A DNA stretch of 63,969 bases, the filler included, from Chrysochromulina tobinii (Eukaryota), in the NCBI GenBank assembly GCA_001275005.1. It is 11 parts of 11 records of this genome, joined end to end, with 100 filler letters (N's around TTAATTAATTAA, not from the genome) between each part and the next. Parts side by side here need not be neighbours in the genome. Positions count along the whole stretch, not along the records: positions 56,553 to 60,607 come from JWZX01000533.1; positions 60,708 to 62,836 come from JWZX01000537.1; positions 62,937 to 63,969 come from JWZX01000719.1; 8 more parts are not named here. One strand, written 5' to 3'. The translations under genes and the position numbers were made by a program. The notes under the pieces were generated by a model that saw only the letters and a list, made by a program, of their open reading frames with translations, had not been told where the DNA came from and ran no database searches. Shown here one piece after another: positions 56,611 to 63,969 of this stretch. Numbering within the stretch: the stretch's first letter is position 1; the number at the start of each line of letters is the position of its first letter.

Positions 56611-58653
56611 TTACGCGAGCGCCGGCAGCCCAAAATGCTGGCCGAGCTCCTCGATCTCCGCTCGCTGCTCCTCGGTGAGCGTCCCGGCAAGGTCTGGGCG
56701 GCGGCTCGGGAGGTCATCCACGATCGATGTTGCGGAGGTGGACTCCGATGGCTCTGATGGCACGAACGACATGTCCGTTTCCAGTCGGCGGCCGCCCGCA
56801 CCGCAAGAGAGGGCTGTCGAAAGGGCGGCTACATTGGCGGAGAGAGGGGACAGGGCAGCCACACTGGCGGAGAGAGTCGAGAGAGTATTGCTCTGAGCAG
56901 CTACATTGGCAGTGAGAGTCGAGAGAGTAGTGCTCTGAGCAGCTACATTGGCAGAGAGAGGGGACAGAGCAGCCACACTTGCAGAGAGAGCCGAGAGAGT
57001 ACTGCTCTGAGCAGCTACATTGGCAGAGAGAGCGGCAACCTGTTGAGCGAGGGCCTCGACCGACGTGGCAGCCGATGGCAACGTCGGCATCGCAACGATC
57101 AGCCGAGGCCCGCTGAGGTAGATGAACTGCGAGTCGAGCGTTGGGCCAGTGAGGCGCGAGATGCACGTCTTGTACGTGCCGCTCACCCCGAAGGTCACGA
57201 CGAGGGTCCTCGAGGAGCTGACGAGGCCGCCGGTGGTGGAGGAGGCGTGGACGGCGCCGGTGCAGTCGGGCGTGCCGGCCGGGAGGAGGACGAGGGTGTC
57301 GCCTGGGGATGCAAAGGTGCCGAGGACGCTGAGGGTGATCTGTGTGTTCGGCGCGATGGTCGAGGGGGAGAACCCAACGTCGGGCGGCGACGGCGGCGGC
57401 GACGGCGGCGGCGACGGCGGAGGCGGCGACGGCGGCGACGGCGGCGGCGACGGCGGCGGCGGCGACGGATACGAGCACACTATCCAGCCGGTTCTGGTGC
57501 CCGAGTAGTCTGAAGACCATTGGATCGTCCCCGGGCCCAAGATGAAACTGGAAGGCCGGAAGTCCCAAGTCCCTGAGAAGCTCGTCAACGTGCCCGACGG
57601 GTGGCTAGGTATGCGGAGAACATCGTAGATCCGCTCCGTATTAAAGGAGGTCGCTGTCAGGGGCCTTCCAATGGCGAGCGCGGTCGGCGTGATGGAGCAC
57701 GCCTGGTTGTCGTCGTAATTCGACGGAGAGTTGGGCGAGCGAATGCAGTTCGGGGCGCTCGGATCGACGGTGCATGGGCCGGAGGTGATGGTGAAGTAGG
57801 CGCTGCTCTGTGCGTCGGCGACGCGCGGGACCAAGTGCGCGAGCAAGGCCAGTTCGAACCACTTGTTACGGTAGGAGCGATTGGTTGTCGACCAACTCGC
57901 GGAGCGCTTGTTTGGTCTGCACCGATCCTGCGCCGAGCAACCTGCGACGAAGATGAACCCGAGCAACCCGAGCCCGAGCAGCACGAGTGCGCCGTCGAAG
58001 CGCTCCACCCACCGCAAAGGCACCCCGCCCCTTTTCGCCGCTTCCTCGACGGGGTCGCCCGCCGCGTCCGCGTTCACATTCGTCTGGCCGTACGGGAACG
58101 AGTACTCGTACTTGACGGCGGCGTCCCCGAGCTTGCCCTCGAAAAAGGGTTCCTCGAGCGCGACCTTAAAGACCTGGCGCGCGCCCTTGCGCAGCCCGTC
58201 GTCGGCCGTCATCGAGTCACGCCCGGCGCGCGGGCCCGCGGCACCGCGGCAGAAGGCGCACGGGTCGATGGTGGAGTTGCCAGCCGGGATGCGGTAGAGG
58301 CCCGTGCCGCCGACCGCGGTGGACAGGTACGGGCACGACATCGTGTTCGGGCACGAGCCGTCGTTGATAATGCACGCCGTGAGGCGGCCCGCCAGAGGCA
58401 AGTCGGCGGCCGAGACGCAGACGAGGAACGCGGGTCCGTCGTCGAGGCTGTGGGCGAGCTCCGTGCCCACGATCGTCGACGCATTAGGGCTCGGCGAGGC
58501 GGAGGTGTCCGCCAAGGGCTCCGGCGCCACATGACGCTCGACCTTGACCGACGAGGCGGCCGTCGCAAACGTGGGCGCGATGGAGAAGGTATCGAATAGG
58601 AAGAGGGCCATTCCGACGAGCAGGAATTGCAGCAGGAAGCGCCCGCCGCGCAT
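56611..58653 (-). CDS. Secreted or membrane protein with a CUB-like domain, SPPP tract and C-terminal coiled-coil repeats
   Basis: Signal peptide; CIRSPNSPSNYDDNQAC...SFNTE..YDVL...WSSDYS...GWIVC; repeated LSANVAAQS. Confidence 0.65.
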   Translation of the reverse strand: MRGGRFLLQFLLVGMALFLFDTFSIAPTFATAASSVKVERHVAPEPLADTSASPSPNASTIVGTELAHSLDDGPAFLVCVSAADLPLAGRLTACIINDGSCPNTMSCPYLSTAVGGTGLYRIPAGNSTIDPCAFCRGAAGPRAGRDSMTADDGLRKGARQVFKVALEEPFFEGKLGDAAVKYEYSFPYGQTNVNADAAGDPVEEAAKRGGVPLRWVERFDGALVLLGLGLLGFIFVAGCSAQDRCRPNKRSASWSTTNRSYRNKWFELALLAHLVPRVADAQSSAYFTITSGPCTVDPSAPNCIRSPNSPSNYDDNQACSITPTALAIGRPLTATSFNTERIYDVLRIPSHPSGTLTSFSGTWDFRPSSFILGPGTIQWSSDYSGTRTGWIVCSYPSPPPPSPPPSPPSPPPPSPPPSPPPSPPDVGFSPSTIAPNTQITLSVLGTFASPGDTLVLLPAGTPDCTGAVHASSTTGGLVSSSRTLVVTFGVSGTYKTCISRLTGPTLDSQFIYLSGPRLIVAMPTLPSAATSVEALAQQVAALSANVAAQSSTLSALSASVAALSPLSANVAAQSTTLSTLTANVAAQSNTLSTLSASVAALSPLSANVAALSTALSCGAGGRRLETDMSFVPSEPSESTSATSIVDDLPSRRPDLAGTLTEEQRAEIEELGQHFGLPALA

Positions 58654-58964
58654 GGTTTCCGAAAGGCAACGGGGGTCAGTACAGTACTGCCACGAACACC
58701 GCGCGCGCGCGCCGCGCATACTAATAAGTCCCGTGTGTGTCCCGGCTCCCCCCTGTGTCTTTACCGGCAAGTAACGTATATAACGCGATACCGGTACGTA
58801 CCGGTACAGTCTGTTTCGCACGAGGCGTACACACGACAGTTACACAACTTTCCCAAATCAAGATATGTCATGAGGTGACGTTAGATTCGCCATCTCTTCT
58901 CTAGTTCTCTTTGACTCCGTCGTCCGCGACCGGACCGGAGGGCAGTCGGCTCATGCCCTTATGC

Positions 58965-60411
58965 CTAATTAGGGATGCCCCATTCGGCGCCGAACCGTCG
59001 AGCGACATCTTCCATGGGCAGTCGACCCACCCCCAACGCCCCCCCCTCCGGATTGCGATGATCCACTCGCACGCCCGTTCGGGAGACGAAACCTGCCGCC
59101 CGATAGGCCCCGCGGAGGGCGACGCGCCGTGCACGCGCCGTCGCGGCCACCTGACGAGATGGTGGGCAAGGCCGCTCGGCGGCAGCACGCAGCTCACGGG
59201 GCCACTGGAGTTGGGCTCGGCCCCAGCGTTCAATGTACGCATGGAGGCCGTCATCGTCGTCATCGGGCGTGCAGTCGCCGCCGTGGCCGTCGCCGCCGTC
59301 ATTGCCCTCGCCGCCGCCGACGCCGCCGCCCTCGTCCTCGTCGTCGCAACCCTCCTCCCAGTGCTGCATGCAATAAAAGGGACTGCCAAATTAGGGGCAC
59401 GTGCCATATTAGGGACAGGGGACGACACGTGTCGAAGGCAAGGGACGGGACGGGACGGGTTAAGGGATAGGATGGGGATGGGGATGGTGGAAGGGGGGAG
59501 GGTGTGGTGAGGTGAGAGGTGCCTCTCGTAGCTTACTCGACGCCGACCAGCCCCGCATTCTGCCACATGGCCTCATTGATGGCCGGATCGTGGTCGATCA
59601 GAGTGTACGCGAACCAGTCGCGTCCCCATCGCCAGTCGAGCCCGAGCCCTGATGAGGGAGGTAATCAGAGGCAATCAGAGTCAATCAGAGGCAATAAGAA
59701 CCCGAGCCCTTCGGTCAGCGCACAGGCCTAAGGCAAATAGAGGCAATTAGAGGCAATTGGAGGCAAATAGAGGCAATCAGAGGCAATAAGAGGCAATTAG
59801 AGGCGATTAGAGGCACTCCGAGGCACTCAAAGGCCATCAGTGGAAGGTGCGAAAGTGCCAGTACCTTCGGTCAGCGCGCAGGCGCAGAGTAGCCGCATCC
59901 GGCGAGGCATCCAACCGCATGCCCACAACTGGCGCATCGAGGCATCCACCAGAGGAGCCCCCGTACGACCGACACACCTGCCATCGGGCGCAATCACAAG
60001 GCATTCAGAGGCGCGCTCAGAGGCACTCAGAGGCACACTATTATGGGTTGCCTAATATGGGCAGTTGCCTCATATGGACTCGGTCCCAGCACAGCCCACT
60101 CCTCGTACCAGGCAGCAAATGTCTCCAAAGCCTCCACCGATGGGTTGCCTAATATGGTTAGTTGCCTCATATGGCAAAAACCATCAAGTGGAGCGACGAC
60201 GGGCTCTGCTTGACGAAGCTCGGCGTTGCCTAATAAGGATGGTTGCCTCATATGGCAACAGCCATCAAGTGGAGCGACGACGGGCTCTGCTTGACGAAGC
60301 TCGGCGAGCAGCCGCCAGCACAGATGCGACCAATCTCGCCAGAGGAGATCGCGACGTCGCACGCCGAGGCGAGCGGCCGTGCGTGGGGAGATGAGGCCGA
60401 ATCGCAGGTAC
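58965..60411 (-). CDS. DNA photolyase/cryptochrome FAD-binding domain, 5'-truncated
   Basis: Exons 60411-60109, 59977-59865, 59648-59537, 59382-58965 give YLRFGLISPR, LLWRDW, FAAWCVGRTGAPLVDASMRQL, GWMPRRMR, LDWRWGRDWF..LIDHD..IN..MWQ, GVDPF, YIERW. Confidence 0.88.
59383..59536 (-). other. Photolyase intron (154 nt) ending CCTAATATGGCAC...CCTAATTTGGCAG
   Basis: GTAAGC donor; restores GVD-PFY. Confidence 0.85.
59649..59864 (-). other. Photolyase intron (216 nt) with an internal copy of the spliced junction
   Basis: GTACTG...CTCCCTCATCAG; restores TEGLGLDW. Confidence 0.88.
59978..60108 (-). other. Photolyase intron (131 nt) with degenerate decamers
   Basis: GTACGA...ATGGCAG; restores FAAWCVGRTG. 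Confidence 0.85.
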
Positions 60412-60607
60412 CTGATGAGGGACGCAATCAGAGGTCATCAGGGAGGCGAGCGGCCGTGCGTGGGGAGATGAGGCCGAATCGCAGGTACCTGATGAGGGAC
60501 GCAATCAGAGGTCATCAGGGAGGCGAGCGGCCGTGCGTGGGGAGATGAGGCCGAACCGCAGGTACCTGATGAGGGACGCAATCAGAGGCCATCAGTGGCC
60601 ATCAGTG
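60412..60607 (-). other. Photolyase intron, 3' part: three tandem acceptors at a 77-nt period
   Basis: GCGTCCCTCATCAG|GTACCTGCG at 60566, 60489 and 60412. Confidence 0.85.
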
Positions 60608-60779
60608 NNNNNNNNNNNNNNNNNNNNNNNNNNNNNNNNNNNNNNNNNNNNTTAATTAATTAANNNNNNNNNNNNNNNNNNNNNNNNNNNNNNNNNNNNN
60701 NNNNNNNGCTGATTGACAGACTAATCTGTCCTCGAACTTGGAACGTGGTGACGTCTGTGGGCTGCGATCCTACGCAACA

Positions 60780-62836
60780 ATGGCTTCGAAGACAACAATT
60801 GACATCAAGATCGCTTTTCCGCAATACAATTGCCAGCCCGGCCGAGAGGACTACGACCGGTTTGAGCGCAATCTGCACGCACACGGCGGCGCCACCGATG
60901 CCGAAGGATGGTCACTTGCTGACTGCTTGATGCGCACCGATGATGGTGCAGTCGACGCGGTGGGCAACCCAATGCCCGGCGTCGCTGCCATCCCAGCTGC
61001 AGGTGGCGCTGCAGGCGCCCAGGCGCGCGCATGCCGACGCAAACGCCTCAAAGAAAGCTATAGCTTTATTATCAAGCACATCGACAACGCCGACGTGGTG
61101 CGCGCGCTCACCCAGCCAGGTCTTCTTGGCGATGGCCCACTGGCACTCGATTTCATCAGATCGAGGTGTCGCACGGCAATGGATGTGGTTGACGCACAAG
61201 ACAAGCAAGCCCAGTGGCACTCTATCACCATTGCCAAAGATGTTGGAGCCAGTGAGAACACCATTATGGACCTGGATTCTCTGCTCATGACTATCAATGC
61301 TGATTTGCCCCTGGCGCTCCAGTTCTCGAGCGACCAAACTTGCGAGAAAATTCTTCGCGAGATCGCTGCCGCTTCCCGCACCTTCCAAGTCACGGCTACC
61401 ACCGAGCTCAATGCTCCGGAGGGAGCCCCTGGGCAGCCATTAATCCGGCAATTTCAGCTTGCTCCCGCTGCTGCTGGCGCTGTGCGCCTCCGCGACAAGG
61501 CCGCGATGCTCGCATGGTTCCACGCACAATGGCGTGCTGCCGTCAAGAACGGCACCATCGCGAAATCCGCACCAACTTCTCGCCACCCCGGCAAACCTAA
61601 AGCGACACTCGAATCTGGCCACTCTATGCGACATGCTAGCATGGATTCAGTCGACTCGGCACTGCTTGCCCAACCTGGCGTCGAAGCACCTAGCTTCACT
61701 GGCCGCCATGTCTCGCCCACGCGTACGCTCTTCGCGCTGCAAGAGGCTGGCTTCGCCGTCCGCCGTGGACTCACGACCACGACTGATTTTGAAGCTCTCC
61801 CCGCAACTGAGCTCGCGCTCGCCGTTCAGGGCGATTGCGATGCGCCCGGCTTCGAGCTCGTGCTCGCGACCGACGCCGACGGAGCTGAATCCGTCGATGT
61901 CCTGTGCCGCGGCTGTCGCGGCGCTGGTCATTTGGTCAAGCACTGCCCGTCACCCAAGAAATACAGGTCCCTCGACTACATGATCACCCTGCTGCAGAAC
62001 GCCAAAGCGCGCGCTGAGGAACGCTCACGCGCCGTCGGCGGCGCCTCGGGCGGTAACCGCCCGCCGCCACGCGGCCAGCGGGCGCCGTTCCAGCGTCTCC
62101 CTCGCCGTTTCCAGCAGTCGACTCAGCCGTTCCGTCGCTTTGTCAAAGGCAATACCTCCGACAAAGCACGGCTGGCCGAGGAGGGAGATGAGGACGGCGA
62201 AGACGACGACACTGATGAGACCGCGGGACCCGAGAAAATTCAATCGGCATCTATCCTTCAGCGCGAGGCACCTTCGATGCCGAACACTTTCTCCATCGAT
62301 CACTTCGAGAACAAGCAGCAGAATGAGAAAGCGATGCCGCTCGACTTGGTGGACCCTTATGTGCAGGGGCCCGCTGAGCCGCTGTTCGCGCAGTTCCCCG
62401 CCGGCTTCCCAACCGAGGGCCCGAAACCGTCGCCATCGACGCTGCCAACTGGCATGCACTCTGGCGACACGATCGCGGTGGGCACACCGATTCAGCCACC
62501 AACCCGGCCGCGCTCTATCGGCCTCCTGGGGCTTATCGGACTGCTTGCTGCTATCGTCTACGCCCTCATGCTGGCTATTGAGTCGGCCGCCCTGCAGTGG
62601 ACGCGCGCGGTTGCTCGGACCGCATGGGATACAGTCCCAGTTCTCGTCGTTGGACTCATGGGAGGATCGGTGACAATCTTCATCGTGGCCCTCACTCTGG
62701 CTGGACGCGCGAACGCGCTGCAGCTGACCTCGCGTGCGAACACTCTCTCGACGCCCAACTCTCTGCGCGTCATCGAGAAGGTTCACGCGATTACGAGTGA
62801 GCACATCTACCTCGGAGACACCAACGTCAAGATGCA
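60780..62836 (+). mobile_element. LTR retrotransposon gag(-pol) ORF, probably Ty1/copia, 3'-truncated
   Basis: Zinc knuckle CRGCRGAGHLVKHC (CX2CX4HX4C); copia-gag-like N-terminal helices; intronless. Confidence 0.7.
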
Positions 62837-62936
62837 NNNNNNNNNNNNNNNNNNNNNNNNNNNNNNNNNNNNNNNNNNNNTTAATTAATTAANNNNNNNN
62901 NNNNNNNNNNNNNNNNNNNNNNNNNNNNNNNNNNNN

Positions 62937-63969
62937 CGAGGGCATCACCACCTCGAAGTGCGCGGAGCTCACCGTCTTCATTCGAGAGGTGGCGCGTGGC
63001 ATGGGCATCCTCGACGACAAACCCACCGTCATCCGGTCCGACAACGCGTCGAGCGTGCGCGTTGCCAACGACCCCAAGGCGGCCGGCCGCCTACCGGCCG
63101 CCTGCGGCACGCGATGCGCCGCTTCGCCGTCGTGCAGGAGCACGTCAAGCAGGGCGTCATCAAGGTAGAGTTCATCCGCGACGCGAACAACGCCGCCGAC
63201 TTCCTCACCAAGTGGGTGCCCGCCGCCAAGCTCAAGGCCAGCATCGCCTACACCTCGAACGAGGCGGCCAAGCCCAAGAAGCAGGGCAAGACGGAGATCT
63301 CGACGCTCGAGGTCTCCATGATCGAGGAGGAGGGCACCTACATGACCCTGCGCTCCAACAAGCGCAAGTACCAACTCCCACCTCCGTCCGTCGTGCCTCA
63401 GCCGATGCCTTTCCTCGCGGCCGGCACGCCCGAGTTCTTCGACTGGCAGGCGGCCTGGGCCGGGGTCCAGTTCGACGACGAGGTCCCCGCGGAGCCGATC
63501 GCGGCCTCAGCGACGCCAGAGGAGCCCGACCCTGAGCCCGAGCAGCCCGACGGGCCCGAGCACACAGCGGCACCGGCCCAGACCACGCTCGCGGACCCGA
63601 AGCACTTTGCGCATCGCCTGTTCGATAGCGGACTACCGGGCCCGTCCGGATCGCACGGACCATACTACAAGGGACGCCCGAGATCGTACGAGCCCTACGT
63701 TTTCGAAACCAACGGGCAGGACTCGGACGGCCAAAACTCGGAATGACGCCCGCCGAGACAAGGGGCGTGGACGCCGGCCAGATGGCCGAAAGCAGACCGA
63801 CGCCAGCAGGGATTGGGGGATACAGATGCCGGCCCATCGGGGGCTGTGAGCAGGGCGCAGGCTGCCTAAGCCACACAGGAGGGCTCCCTCCCTACCCGGA
63901 TCGGGATCAAGGGACGAGTAACCTCCTCTGAATCAATTCAGGCTCCACCTCAATTGGGGGGGGTGCGAG
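62937..63969 (+). mobile_element. Ty1/copia 3' end: frameshifted RNase H, tail ORF to 63746, polypurine tract and probable start of the 3' LTR
   Basis: PTVIRSDN...RHAMRRF..VQEHVKQG.IKV...NAADFLTK; 11-nt duplication at 63083-63103 shifts the frame; G8 at 63956-63963 followed by TG. Confidence 0.85.

Noticed and set aside
16942..62936. TTAATTAATTAA as a biological motif, or gene clustering across the window
   Set aside because: It is a synthetic six-frame-stop linker inside N runs. Adjacent contigs are not known to be neighbours, so contigs 10 and 11 cannot be assumed to be one copia element.
1..63969. tRNA or rRNA genes
   Set aside because: None recognised by eye; a covariance-model scan would be needed to exclude them.

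Overview
This is not one locus. It is 11 short eukaryotic contigs joined by artificial 100-nt linkers (N44-TTAATTAATTAA-N44). The DNA is very GC-rich, has spliceosomal introns and is probably from a haptophyte alga (Chrysochromulina-like; my inference from gene content and style, not a database result). Recognisable genes: an SDR oxidoreductase, a helical-repeat RAP-domain protein, eIF1/SUI1, an RGS plus Sfi1-repeat giant protein, MsrA, a DnaJ-PHD protein, a 3'-truncated VPS13 of more than 4,000 aa, a TBL/PC-esterase, an SPPP-rich surface protein, an OSCA/TMEM63 channel, a CUB-domain protein and a photolyase/cryptochrome. There are also Ty3/gypsy and Ty1/copia fragments and several palindromic non-coding repeats. 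The main signal is the intron system. I mapped 29 introns in five genes on four contigs, each restoring the reading frame. Most combine (i) a 4-46 nt copy ('echo') of the adjacent exon that supplies one splice site, (ii) a sense-strand array of 10-nt branch-point-like repeats and/or (iii) one of a few shared 3' acceptor cassettes. Several are stacked in layers, and two contain an internal copy of the spliced exon-exon junction. This points to an active intron-making or intron-rewriting process that lacks the terminal inverted repeats of Introners. A second notable structure is a 570-nt array of alternately oriented 12-mers with fixed 11-nt spacers, some of them inverted (52962-53530). All calls are by eye from motifs; no searches were run.
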